64,000 bases of DNA from Octopus sinensis. Taxonomy: Eukaryota. The translations under genes were made by a program, and so were the position numbers. The notes below the pieces were generated by a model. It did not search any database and was not told the origin of the DNA. It was given only the letters and a program-made list of their open reading frames with translations. This document shows, piece by piece, positions 40,420 through 53,700 of the stretch. Location: assembly GCF_006345805.1 (NCBI RefSeq), contig NC_043012.1:10354001-10418000 (forward strand), written 5' to 3'. The first letter of the stretch is position 1. Each line of letters starts with the position of its first letter.

Positions 40420-40707
40420 TAATAAAACGGAAAAAGACGAAGGAGAAGAAGATGGTGGTAAGAGGGAGGAGGAAGTGGAGGAGGAGAAGGAGGAGGAGGA
40501 GAAGGAGGAGGAGGAGGAGTCAAAAGAAGAAAAGAAAGCAGCAGAAACGGAAAATGGAAAGGAGAAAGGGAGGGAAAAGGAAGAAATAGAACAAAATTGA
40601 AGAGAAACAGACAGAACCGGAGGAGAGAAGAAGAAGAAGAAGAAGAAGAAGAAGAAGAAGAAGAAGAAGAAGAAGAAAAAGAAGAAGAAGAAGAAGACGA
40701 AGAAGAA

Positions 40708-40744
<37 letters not shown>

Positions 40745-41000
40745 ATGATGATGATGATGAAAAGAAAAAAAGAAAGTGACGTGAGCGGAAAATGAAAAGG
40801 AGAAAAGGAAGAAATTGAAGAGGAAAAGGACGAACCGAAGCAGAAGAAGAAGGAGAAGAAGAAGAAAGCAAGGGAGGATGAGGAAGGAAGAGGGGAAAGA
40901 TGATGAAGAAAATGCAGAACACGAATAAAGAGGAGGAGGAGGAGAAGAAGGAGGAGGAAGTTGTGGGGAGAGAGATAAAAAATGGACAAAGAAAAGAAAT
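40420..41000. repeat. purine-rich low-complexity tract with (GAA)n/(GAT)n/(GGA)n
   Basis: Direct inspection. Confidence 0.9.
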
Positions 41001-41582
41001 GGAAAAATGTTGACAAAGGGCAGGAGAAAATGTAAAGAACTGGTGTGAGATAAAACCGATAAGAATGTTCGAAGAGGGTCAAGCGACGAATTAAAAACCA
41101 ATAGAGTTCTTAATACTGATTCAAATAATCCATATTTAAATATTCAACTTTACACAAACATTCCTAAAAAAAATATTGGTGATTCTTTAGAAAAAACGTT
41201 AATAACGATCTCTAAGTTGTTATAATAATAATATAATTCCTTAACTTACACAATAATCAATATTATAGAGATGTTGGTTTTTCATGAAAACATACATAAG
41301 CATACAAATTATCGTTAACGCTTTATTTATTCTTTCATTTTATGATTTAGTGCAAAACTCAATATTTTTCGTTGCAATTGTCTTAATTGTGTTTCATAAA
41401 CAAAGCTGAAAACAACCACTGAATCAGACACATATATATGCACATACAGACACTTAAATACAGATATATTAGCACACACACACACATACACATGGATATA
41501 ATATACACACGCACACATACATACACATACATATATATATATATGCAGATATGTATTTGTATATATGTATGTATATGTGTAT

Positions 41583-42305
41583 AAGGCGGCGAGCTGGCAG
41601 AATCGTTAGCACGCCGGGCGAAATGCGTAGCAGTATTTCGTCTGCCGTTACGTTCTGAGTTCAAATTCCGCCGAGGTCGATTTTGCCTTTCATCCTTTCG
41701 GGGTCGATAAATTAAGTACCAGTTACGCACTGGAGTCGAAATAATCTACTTAATCCGTTTGTCTGTCCTTGTTTGTCCTTTTTGTGTTTAGCCCCTTGTG
41801 GGTAGTAAAGAAATAGGTATTTCGTCTGTTTTTCTGCTCTGAGTTCAAATTCCGCCGAGGTCGGCTCTGCCTTTCATCCATTCGGGGTCGATTAAATAAG
41901 TACCAGTTACGCAGTGGGGCCGATATAGTCGACTTAACCCCTTTGTTTGCCCCCCCCCCCTACGTTTAGCCCCCTGTGGGCAATAAAGAAATAAATAGTT
42001 TGAATAAAACACTAGGAATCGATGTAATCGACTGGCTCCACTCCCTCAAAATTTCAGACCATGTGTCTTCAGTAGAATGAATTATTTGTTTTTCCTAAGT
42101 CAGCGAGCTAGCAACATCGTTAGCACGCCAGACGAAAATGATTTCGCGTGTCGCTACGTTGAGTTCAAATTCCGTTCAGGTCGACAGTGCCTTTCATCCT
42201 TCAGGGGTCGATAAATTAAGCACCGGTAAAACACTGAGGGAGTCGATGTAATCGACCTACCGTCTCTCAAAGAATGTCAGGCCTTGTACCATTCTTAGTA
42301 AGGAA
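41583..42305 (+). mobile_element. tandem cluster of SINE family B copies
   Basis: Full copy 41583-41815, head-less tandem copy 41816-41995, tail fragment ~42005-42075, further copy ~42100-42305. Confidence 0.85.
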
Positions 42306-42820
42306 TATTTGTTTTCCTTTCATTCCACCATCAAAACAATTTTGTATCCAGAAAATACCACCGCCGCTTTATCATTTTCTTAGCTTCCATAATGCAGATT
42401 TTCTTTTTCTTCGAAATCCTTTCGTTATTCTTTATTACTCTTTGTGATCTCTCGTAATCCGTCTCGTCGCATATATACTCTCTAACAATATCATACTGCA
42501 TTTTTAAAGATATCTTAACAGCTAACAATATCATTTGTTTATTTTCACGTATTTTATCACAACACGTGAGCTATAAGTTGTATCTATATTTTGACTCAGT
42601 ATCGCCCTGACAAAATCCCTCAGACGATCTCATGTTGTGTGTAAAAGAGAGACAGTGAGGCAGAGAGAGAGAGTGTGTGTATGTATGTGTGTGTGTGTGG
42701 TGTGTGAGTATATGCATGTTTGTGCCTACTTACATACATACATGCATACATACACACATATATATATATGTTAGCAGTGGTGCGTCAATTCAAGTACCTA
42801 ATTCAACGGAATCATATATA

Positions 42821-42872
<52 letters not shown>

Positions 42873-42922
42873 TATATATATATATATACATATATATATG
42901 TATGTATGTATGTATGTATATA

Positions 42923-43108
42923 GGGAGAATTCACGGAAAAAAACAAAAAGACGAAGACAGTGGTGTAGAAAACAAACAGATGTATTAGTATAACGCTCCG
43001 GAATTGAAAGTCTTTTACGTTTCGAGCCTACGCTCTTCCACAGAAAGGAACACAAAGAAACAAGGAGAGAAAAACAAGTGTGTAGAGGGTACCGATCTAT
43101 CATGGTGA
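42923..43108 (-). mobile_element. repeat family P2, best-preserved variant hammerhead
   Basis: CUUU-CUGUGGA-A-GAGC-GUAG-GCUC-GAAAC-GUA-AAAG at 43012-43047. Confidence 0.7.
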
Positions 43109-44069
43109 CATGATATATATATATGGGAGCGAACTAGTCTTTCCCCATATTCCTTTGTCTTGCCACTCATTCCGTCCGTATTAGTCTTAATCATTTTGCC
43201 TTTCACTCTCTCCCTCTCTTTCCCTCTCTCTTTCTCTCATGAATGAATGAATAAGAATTATATTGGATCTCCTTCCAAAGTGGATGGACACTTAACGATA
43301 AGAAATAATAATTAATTGGCTGCTTAATCTAAAAGGTTAAAAGAGAAGAAGCTGACAAGATAATAAACGTGAGGTAACAATAACTTCATAAATATTTAAT
43401 GAGGAGCTAAGCTAGATCTGGAAACGTCTGAGACCGGCTGATATGGAAAAAAATTATTCAAAAGTAAAGAAGTTGGGGTGAGATAAACTTAAAGATAAAA
43501 TATAAGAATCATCATTTGTGAAAACATTTTAGATCATTAGAAAGTATAAAATCAAATCGGGTTTATAAATGCCTGAGGTTATATTGTCTAGTGACTGTTA
43601 TCGCTGATTAAATTTGATTGCAGCAGTCATAGCTACATAGTACGAAGGAATAGAAGTTAAAATGTGGCAGTGATATCAGGCAACTGGGTACCTAGATTGT
43701 TATCTAAAATGAAGCAAAGTAATTAGAACCAATGTGAAGACAGCTGAAAATATGAAATTTAAGGAAATATAAAGATAAAATATGAAAGAAAGGAAAGGAG
43801 TTGTGGAAGATGTTCTGTTTGAAATAGGGTAACGAGGGTATGATATGTAATACAAAAGAAAAATTAGAAGATAAAAGATGTAAATAAAAATGAGATTAAA
43901 ATGTTGGGGCAACTGAAATTTAATGAAATAAGTTAAAGAATATGAAGAGATGATATATCTTAAAACGTGATGACGGGCTGCAAAGCACTACTTAGCAAAT
44001 TGGTGAAACGGTGGCGTAGGGAAATTTTAAATAGAAATAGAAAATAAAATTACAGAACAATTAAGATTA

Positions 44070-44588
44070 TTGTGTTATTGTGACCCCCTTCCGACATGAA
44101 TGACCATGGGATTGCATCTAAAAGTTTACCCTCCGAGGCACAAGTCTGGGTAAGGTTGTTTATGGAAGACCAGCAGTCGCCCACGCATACCAGCCTGCCC
44201 TCTCCACGCTAAATGTTATCCAAGGGAAAGGCAAAGGCCGATACAGCTTGGCACCAGTGACATCACATCTCATTTATTACCGTGAAAGTGGCTGAGCACT
44301 CCACAGACACGTGTGCCCTTAACGTAGTTCTCGGGGAGATTCAACGGGACACAGAGTGTGACAAGGCTGGCCCTTTGAAATACAGGTACAACAGAAACAG
44401 GAAGAAAGAGTGTGAGAAAGTTGTGGCGAAAGAGTACAGCAGGGATCACCACTACCCGCTGCCGGAGCCTCGTAGAGCTTTAGGTGTTTTCGCTCAATAA
44501 ATACTTACAATGCCCGGTCTGGGAATCGAAACCGCGATCCTACGACCGCGAGTCCGCTGCCCTAACCACTGGAACATTGCGCTTCCAC
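44070..44588 (-). mobile_element. chimeric SINE (family C head plus family D 3' half) with 17-bp TSD
   Basis: TSD CAGAACAATTAAGATTA at 44053-44069 and 44589-44605; junction near 44280; (CACAATAA)2 tail. Confidence 0.85.
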
Positions 44589-45196
44589 CAGAACAATTAA
44601 GATTAGATTGTTAGAAAAGTTAATAGTTACTGTATGAAACCAATTAAAATATAAAGGAAAATGAAGATTAATGAATGAAGTTAGAGGAAGGGAATTATTC
44701 TTGATCTTCAGTAAAATATCCAGGTTGAGTCTGCACTGTAAACAACAAAGCTGGAAACAGAAGCTCTTTTAATCTCGGGAGAGCGCATCTTTCTGGATGA
44801 GACGATTAGTAAAACATTACGCTAATTGAAAAAATAAGTATGTAGTATCAGTAACATATATAGTTTAATCTAAATTACACGTTGCTCTTTCCTTTTTTGA
44901 TTTCAGTTTAGTACATTATTTGATAGACTGATCTTCACAACGGATGTTGTGTACGCATGCATTGAATGGATACATACATGTATACACGCGTATATTTTAT
45001 CTTTTATCTTTTATTTTTTATCTTTTACTTGTTTCAGTCACTAGAATGCGCCATGCTGGGACACTATAATTTGCTTTTATGTAAGTGAATAGGAGTTCAA
45101 AAAAAAAATTACATTTGTGTACATGTTTGCCGGCTTTAAGTGTTAATCTGAATACGTGTTTAAACACATAAACATAAGCAAACATACGTGTGTGTG

Positions 45197-45232
<36 letters not shown>

Positions 45233-45302
45233 TAAATTAGAGATAAAACCACTATTAGGCAAATCCACCATTTTTACTCTATTCCTCTTACTTGTTACAG
45301 CC

Positions 45303-45481
45303 ATCTGACAACCGATGCTGGTGTGTTTACGTCCCCGTAACTTAGTGGTTCGGCAAAGGAGACCAATAGAATAAGTACTAGGCTTACAAAGAATAATTCC
45401 TGGGGTCGATTTGCTCGACTAAAGGCGGTGCTCCAGCATGGCCACGGTCAAATGACTAAAACAAGTAAAAGAGTAAAAGAG
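45303..45481 (+). mobile_element. SINE family A 3' fragment (duplicated)
   Basis: Shares flanks and diagnostic variants with 46188-46368. Confidence 0.85.
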
Positions 45482-46187
45482 ATATGTATATATAAATAAA
45501 TATATAAATAATTACACACACACACACCACACACACATATATATATATATATATATGAGTATAGGCATGTACGCAGGTGTATGTATGTATATATATATAT
45601 ATGTGTGCTTGTGCATGTGTGTGTGCGCGCGTTTGTGTATGTCTGTCTGTGTGTACATGAACAGGGATTTTTTTTTTCTCGCGAATATGGTCTTCCCGAG
45701 AGAAATATCGGAAAGGACGTTTCCAAATTGATTGAATTACATATAGTGCTAGACATGATGGTATCTGAAGAAGATAAAAAAAATAAACAGTATGGATTGA
45801 TTTCGGTATACAGTTTCATCTCATCTTTAAGTAATTCTCCATTTTGGCCGTAGACATATACCATTATGCAAATCATCTAATGCTTCTAACTTTTATTGAG
45901 CTCTCTGCTTATCGCTTTACTTAAAAAGAAATATTTCGGATTAGGAACGAAACATTTATGTATATGATTACTGCATGTGTATGTTTATATGTGTGTGCCT
46001 GTGTGCATATGTTTTTACTTTGTGTGTGTGTGGGGGTGGGGTACGCTTCTGAGTGTTTATTGTTGCGTGTGGATGTACATACGCTGTGTAAGTTTGTATA
46101 TATAAATGTATACACACATATAAAGCATCACAAAAACACACACATATACACACCATTTTTACTCTATTACTCTCTTAGTTGTTACAG

Positions 46188-46368
46188 TCATTTGACAACC
46201 GAAGCTTGTGTGTTTACGTCCCCGCAACTTAGTGGTTCGGCAAAGGAGACCAATAGAATAAGTACTAGGCTTACAAAGAATAATTCCTGGGGTCGATTTG
46301 CTCGACTAAAGGCGCTGCTGTAGCATGGCCACAGTCAGATGACTAAAACAAGTAAAAGAGTAAAAGAG
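46188..46368 (+). mobile_element. SINE family A 3' fragment (duplicated)
   Basis: See 45303-45481. Confidence 0.85.
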
Positions 46369-46431
46369 ATATGTATATATAAATAAATATATAAATAATT
46401 ACACACACGCACACATACACACACACACACG

Positions 46432-46475
<44 letters not shown>

Positions 46476-46483
46476 TTCTCTTT

Positions 46484-46888
46484 CTCTTTTCTTTTACTTG
46501 TTTCAGTCATTTGGCTGCGGCCATGCTGGAGCACCGCCTTTAATCGAGCAACTCGACCCCGGGACTTATTCTTTGTAAGCCCAGTACTTTTTCTATCGGT
46601 CTCTTTTTTGCCGAACCGCTAAGTGACGGGGACGTAAACACACCAGCATCGGTTGTCAAGCGATGCTAGGGGGACAAACACAGACACACAAACACACACA
46701 TATATATATATATATATACATATATACGACAGGCTTCTTTCAGTTTCCGTCTACCAAATCCACTCACAAGGCATTGGTCGGCCCGGGGCTATAGCAGAAG
46801 ACACTTGCCCAAGATGCCACGCAGTGGAACTGAACCCGGAACCATGTGGTTGGTTAGCAAGCTACTTACCACACAGCCACTCCTGCGC

Positions 46889-46890
<2 letters not shown>
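46484..46890 (-). mobile_element. SINE family A (full length) inserted in (TA)n
   Basis: Complete head and tail; interrupts the second copy of a local duplication. Confidence 0.9.
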
Positions 46891-46934
<44 letters not shown>

Positions 46935-47358
46935 ATAGGCATGTACGCAGGTGTATGTATGTTTTAGTTAAGTATGTGTTGTGAGAGTGTGTGTAGATAC
47001 ATAGAGAAAATCGATCGTTTAAGCGTACAGATCCAGAATGAAAAAGACTTTATCAGTAACAACAAAAGATGATGTTGACTATGTTGAATGTTTCCTTAAA
47101 AACTAGAGTTTGTAAGGAAAGAGTCAATAAAATCAACATAGTCGGTTTGTTATTACCATTGAATTAAGTCTTTGAGTTTCCGTTTCTTTAGTGGTAACTA
47201 TAGTTACTGATTTCCTCTGCTCGTTTCCTAAGCTCGTTTAAAATCATTTATTGAAATATTATTATTTCTAAAAATCACAAATTCTAACGAAATAGCAAAA
47301 AAAAAATGGGGAAAGGAAAACGAAAACGAAGAAGCAAGGAAAAAGAAATCGTCGAAGC

Positions 47359-47389
<31 letters not shown>

Positions 47390-47734
47390 GAAAAGGAAGA
47401 AAGAAAGAAAGGAGTAATGAAATGGAGAGCAGAACCAGAATAGATAGGAATGACATACTAGTGGAAAAAATTCCAAGGAATCGTGAGTTCTATATAAAAT
47501 ATTTAGATTCCGCTCTCATGAATTGTATAAAAAAAAACGAGTTGATTATTATTTTTGTGTATTTCGAAAATCCTTTACTTTTTTGCCATTTCGATTCAAT
47601 TTGAACTTGGTAACTGCTTCGTTTGCTGATATAAATGTATCATTACATTTACAGCGTTCGGCTGTAAAATACGAAATCAGAAACAAATCTCTCATATCTT
47701 ATTCGGTGGTTAGTATAAGGGTTGTAAAGATACT

Positions 47735-47943
47735 ATTTCTTTACTACCCACAAGGGGCTAAACATAGAGGGGCTAAACACAGAGGGGACAAACGGATTAA
47801 GTCGATTATATTAACCCCAGAGCGTAACTGGTACTTATTTAAGGCAAAGTCGACCTCGGCGGAATTTGAACTCAGAACGTAACCGCAGACGAAATACTGC
47901 TAAGCATTTCGCCCAGCGTGCTAACGATTCTACCAGCTCGCCA
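47735..47943 (-). mobile_element. SINE family B
   Basis: Reverse complement of family B with internal deletion. Confidence 0.85.
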
Positions 47944-47969
47944 CCTGGGTTGTAAAGATACGCTGACGG

Positions 47970-48100
47970 TTATCTGTTGTTTGTATGATATTTATTTTTT
48001 CAGTGATACATTATTCACATTTGATATTCCGTCCTTTATATATATTGGCTTTAGCAATGGTGTTCCATTTTACCTGGTTGTAAATTTTCTACCTTCTTTC
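47970..48100 (-). repeat. direct repeat of Penelope 3' coding end
   Basis: Near-identical to 49133-49261. Confidence 0.85.
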
Positions 48101-48106
48101 AATGTG

Positions 48107-48527
48107 GGCATTCTTTCGGTTTGACTCGACGTTGCAATAACAAGAACTCGGTTGTTTCCGTGACAACTCGACAATTCACTTCGGATATCTTCGTGACTTC
48201 CGTGACAATGAGAGCTGATGATAGCTGCTGTTGTGTGTGTGTGTGCCTGCTTGTTCCTGTCTGTGTATGCGTACGTGCTTGTTCTTGTCTGTGTGAGTGT
48301 GTGTGTGTGTGTGTGTGTGCGTGCTTGTTCTTGTCTGTGCGCGCGCACACACACACACAGACAAGAACAAGCACGCACACACAACCCATTAGCTTTCTTC
48401 TCCTCCTCCCATTTTAGTAGCTGTCATTGTCACGGTGGTCACGAAGATATCCTAGTGAACTGTCGAGTTGTCACGGAAACAACCGAGTTCTTGTTATTGT
48501 ATCTTCGAGTCAAACCGAAAGAATGCA
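48107..48527. mobile_element. MITE with ~110-bp TIRs
   Basis: GGCATTCTTTCGGTTTGACTCG...GACAATGAGAGCT inverted at 48419-48527; imperfect 8-bp TSD (TCAATGTG/AAAATGTG). Confidence 0.85.
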
Positions 48528-49049
48528 AAAATGTGTATTGTACGTGCTTTTTTTTTCATAACTGTAAACCTACTCTCCCCACCCTTATATATATATATAT
48601 ATGATGAAAATGAGTACTCAACACCTCATTGGTGGATAGAATATTGTATTTCTGAATTGAGGCTACCATAAGTTTCATGAAAAGAAAAAGAGGAAAATAT
48701 CTTAACAAATTTTGAAGCCGATCACATGTTCGTCTCCATTTTGAAAAACTCAAGATCTCGTTGAATATGCTGAGATTCTCTAGAAGAAAACCATGTCATG
48801 AATCAAGAAGCGGTACTATTGGATGACATATTTTGAGTGGTTATATTACTTGAATTTGAATGTTGGGCAAACCTTCATGTGATAAATTTGTTTGCATTAT
48901 TTTATATTATGTTCTCAGTGTATGCGCTGTTCGTATGATGACGTAGTTCGCCATGGGGCATATATCTTCTGTGTGCAGAATTCGTGTGTTATGCATATTC
49001 AAATTTCACGTTCAGGAATGGTGCTCTCTTGTTGAGATTAGTGGTGCAC

Positions 49050-50010
49050 GTGATGGTTCCTCTTTGAAGTGTTTGAGTGTGAAATATTGCTTGTGTATGC
49101 AAGGAGAGATTTCATTCCCAGTATTTAGAATATTATCTGTTGTCTATGCTATTTAGTTTTTCAGTGATACATAATTCACATTTGATATACCGTCCTTTGT
49201 ATATATTGGCTTTAGCAATGGTGTTCCATTTTACCTGGATGTAAATTTTCTACCTTCTTTCCATTCCCATGTCATAGTGAAAAGAGATGTTGCGTGTTTA
49301 TTTTTTATCCCTAAATGAAACCAGGTGTTTTGTGCACTTTTCCTTGAATGAGTTGCTCGTTATTCCGATATACGTCTTTATTATTCTGTTGGAGTCCTTG
49401 ATCTTGGCCTTGTATACAAGCTCTGTTTTGAGACAACTATTCTATAGAGGGTAGTGATTTTGAGATCGGTGGTAACTCTGGTGTGTTTATTTTTATTGTG
49501 ATTCAGTATTATTGACCCTATATTGGGGAGGCTACTATAGCAAAGTTTAACACTTTTGCTATTGAATATCTTGTGGTATTTGTGTGAATGTGAGAAGTAG
49601 TTGTCTATTAATTTTAGGAATTTCCTGGCTATGTAGCGTGACTACATTAATGATAATGAGTAGGTCAAACCATACGATTTGCGTCCTCTTGGTCTATTTG
49701 TATTTGTCTCAATGCAGTTTATGCTATTCCTTAAGTTATACCGTCCTAATGCAGCATTATGTTATAGGGCGGCGTTTTTGGAAGTGTTTTTATCGGCGGA
49801 TAAATTGGAGACACGCGTGCTTATGTTGTTATCTAGGTGACAATGGCTGCTGGTGTGTAGCTGTATGTCTATGCACGGGGCTTCCATCTTTGGTTTATGG
49901 TAGGGTTTAAATTTTCTTGAGCTAAGGTTTATATTAATACCTAAGAAGATGACTTCTCCAACGTTGGTACTAATCGAAGTTCTTAGACCTAAGTGGCTAA
50001 ATATTTAGCA
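49050..50010 (-). pseudogene. Penelope-like element 3' fragment (RT C-terminus plus GIY-YIG endonuclease)
   Basis: STNVGEVIFLGININLSSRKFKPYHKP, ARKFLKLIDNYFSHSHKYHKIFNSKSVKLCYSSLPNIGSII, LVYKAKI...KTYIGITSNSFKEK...H; many stops and frameshifts. Confidence 0.85.
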
Positions 50011-50034
50011 TAGATATTTCCTTCTATCCATTTC

Positions 50035-50131
<97 letters not shown>

Positions 50132-50576
50132 CTGAGAAAGAGGTAGATAGATACATTTGTGCGTATGTATCTGCGTATACATCTATCCATGTATGTGTAT
50201 AGATATATGAACTGCGACTGAAGAGAACCTTCTATATTTTACACCGCTATTGGTATGCCGTTAGCGACGTCAGGAGGCAGGTGTTAAAGATGTTTGCATG
50301 TCGTTAATGTTCTCCGGATTTTCTTTAGATAATTATTATAACGAGTCGAAATGCTTCTCGGAAACTGCGAGTTGTATTCTTTTCCATTTTCATTTTATTT
50401 ATTCATTTTATTTATTCAAAGATATTCTGAAAGAAATCAATGACCACACTGCTGACCAGTAAAAGAAGGATCTATTTACGTATATAAATAAATGATCAAT
50501 TAAATGTATATCCTTACCAAAAGAGAAACTACAACTTAAACTCTGGAGATTTAAAGAAACTTATCTGTCTATCTAT

Positions 50577-50623
<47 letters not shown>

Positions 50624-50633
50624 ATATATATAT

Positions 50634-50660
50634 ATACTTTGATACTTTGATACTTTGATA
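50634..50660 (-). repeat. octamer 3' tail (TATCAAAG)x3 of the LINE
   Basis: Plus strand ATACTTTG ATACTTTG ATACTTTG ATA, ~65 nt beyond the ORF2 stop (TGA at 50726-50728). Confidence 0.85.
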
Positions 50661-50725
50661 GGTTTCAGCCATTATTGGCCAGGCCATGTCTAACTTAATA
50701 GCACCACCTGGTGAAGTCTTTCAAG

Positions 50726-53700
50726 TCAGAATTTGGGCACTATGGCCCACTCAAGTAGAGTTATTGTTTACAGAGATATATCCGGGTGTAGGGGGTTTAT
50801 CCGGGATTTCTTGAAGGAATCTGTCCAAAGACTTCTTGAACCCTATAGGGTCAGTTTCTTTTTTAATGTGTTTGGTGTAATGTTAAAGAGAGCGGGAGCG
50901 GGGCCAATTGAGGTGAAATAATTGTGCCGTATTGTTGTTATGCGATGAGAGTGCGATTTTTGTTTTGGGCGGATGGCACGGGGCCCAAGGCTTGGATGTA
51001 CCTTAAAGTGATGCCAACATCATTTGGGCAATGCTGATGGAATATTTTCCACATCATGCAGATGATGTAGCGCTCACGACGACGTTAGAGAATAGAGTTT
51101 TAGCTTTTCTAGTCGACCCCAATAGTCGAGGCCTGTCATGCCATCTATCTTTTTTGTGATTGCCCTTTGAGGTGCTTCAACTTTTATGATACCTTGTATT
51201 GTGTGGGGGGACCACAGTGGACAACAGTATTCAAGGTGGGGTCGGGCAAAAGTGGAGAAGAGAAGGATAATGGTGTGGATATCTCTCGACTGGAAAGTTC
51301 TGAGAATCCAGGAACACATTCTGTGGGCCATGTCAACTTTGGTGTTTATATGAGTGGCCCAGCTTATGTTGTTGTCCACAATTACTCCCAAGTCTCTGAT
51401 GTTGTTGGACGCCGCGAGAGTTTCACCTGAAGGAAGGGTGTATGGGAGTTTCAGGGCATCCTCATTTCCAAAGTGGATTAATTCAAATTTATCCTCGTTC
51501 AGCAGCATATTGTTTTTTTCTGCCCATTGGATAACAGCCAGTAGATCTGACTGAAGGCATATCCGGTCACTCGCCTCATTTATGACCTTCTGTAGCTTGG
51601 AATCATCTGCAAAGATTTTTATGTTGCTGCTTGATGATGTCATTAATGTCATTAATGTAAATGATGAAAAGAAGTGGGCCCAGCACAGTGCCTTGCGGAA
51701 CGCCACTACTGACTTTGGCTGGGCTTGATTTTACCCCTTCAACTACAACATGTTGAGATCTGTCTGTCAGGAAACACTTGATCCATTTCAGTAACTTTCC
51801 AGAGACACCAATGTTGGATAGTTTTTTCAATAGGATCTTGTGATCGACCCTGTCGAAGGCCTTACTGAAATCAAGGTAGATGACAATCGGTGTTGGAGCC
51901 CTCTCCCAAAGCTCTCAAAATGTCATCAAAGTGATGCAGGAGCTGCGTTAGGCAGTCCCTTCCATTACGGAACCCATGTTGGTTAGAGATCAGCCGTCTG
52001 TTGCTTTCCAGAAATTGGGTTATTCGAGATCTCACCACCCTCTCAAATACCTTGATGATATGAGAGGTGAGTGAGATCGGACGGTAGTTCACTGCAAGGG
52101 ACTTGTTTCCCTTTTTGAAAACTGGGACAACAGACTGGGACAGAAGGTTTTTTGGAATATAGCCAGCATCCAGTGAGTTTCTCCACAGATTAGCAAGGGA
52201 AGATGCAAGTTGGTGTCGACACACCTTCAGGACACAAGCAGGGAACCTATCGGGGCCTACTGCTGAATTGTGTTTTATTTCGTTTATCGCCGCTAAGACA
52301 TCAGGGGCACTAAACGTTATGTCCGATATAGTGTGTTGGGGGTTGACATCACTGATACAGCCCAGATCGGCCATATCAGGATTGCTGAAAACAGAGCAGT
52401 ATTGTTTCTGCAGTATCTCGGCCATGGATTTGGCATTATCTTGGAGAGTGCCATTTTCATCAGTTAGAGGGCCAACAGTGGAGACAGTGACCCTGCGTTT
52501 CCTCGCAAATGAAAAGAACACTTTGGGGTTGAGTTTGATTTTTTCAATGGCCCACTTCTCCTCAGCTGATCTTTGGTTATTGATGAGGGTCTTCATGCAT
52601 TGTTGGAGGTTATATTTTTTGGATTCAAGCAGTGCGATAGCCGTCGAATGTGTGTGTTGCTGTTGGCAGTACTTTAGTTTGTTAATTTTTTTGTTTGTTC
52701 TTTTTATTTTTCTGATAATGGTTTTTCTGTTTGGGGGATTCTGCACTTTTTGTTCACAGGTCTTGGTGGGGAGTGTTTTGCACATATGTCTGTGACGGTG
52801 TCTACAAATCTGCCAATGTTTTTATGGTTGGTGGAGATGTGTGTATGTGTAAAGGACCAGTCAACATGTGATAGCTCGTTCCTGATTGCATCCCAGTTGG
52901 CATTATGGAGATCCATGTTGTCAATGGGTGGGCTGGAGGGAGGTCACTAGGATTAGCTTTCGGCTGGTGGAATTTCATGTTACAGAGAACCATGTCATGG
53001 TCTGAAAGAAGGGTTTTTTCCACTGTAACGTTATGTATAGTGTTAGTGTGGTTACTAAACACTAGGTCCAAAGTGTTCTGATGTCTTGTTGGTGCAAGGA
53101 CAAGTTGGGACAAGAAAAACTCATTCGTAAAGTCGAAAAGTGACTCTGCTGCTTCTTTGTCAGCGGTTGAGGCGGGAGTGCTTGGTTTCAAACAGTTTGT
53201 AGTCCAGTCAACACAGGTAGATTGAAGTCTCCCATCATGAGTAGTTTGCTAGAATGGCACTGTTGAATAAAGCACTTAATGCTGTTGAGGCATTCTTTAA
53301 AGCACAGTATGGGTGTTTGGGGCGGCCTATAGAGCCCAATTACTGTCAGGTCATTGGCTTTGTTGTGCACGGTAACTGATTCACAGTAGCCGTTGGAGAA
53401 TATACTATTTCCATCTGCCGTAAACGAATCATGCAGGAAAATGGCAGTTCCACCCTTCCTTCTGCCGATACGATCCGCGCGGATGGTTGTGAATTTTTTC
53501 ACTCTCACTTCGGCTTCCAAGTGGGAGTTGTCAAGGTGGGTCTCAATGAGAATGAAGAAAGGGATGTGGTGTGGATGGTTACCAACCCAGTCTTCAATGA
53601 ATTGGACCTTCCATTTTTGTGCATTGATGGAAGGGCTGACACCTTGTGCATTGAGTAGAAATGTGGAGGTTAGTGTAGTGGCTGGTTTTGACTGTTGCAG

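Noticed and set aside
40354-41101. 242-aa and 193-aa minus-strand ORFs
   Set aside because: Stop-free only because the strand is a pyrimidine-rich low-complexity tract.
43260-44800. Purine-biased plus-strand stretch resembling ancient coding sequence
   Set aside because: No sustained frame or recognisable motif.
50209-50372. CUGAAGA-GAA...UUCUCG-GAAAC flanked by AACTGCGA direct repeats
   Set aside because: Stem II register is off and stem III/NUH is unconvincing; the 8-bp repeat has no matching TIRs.
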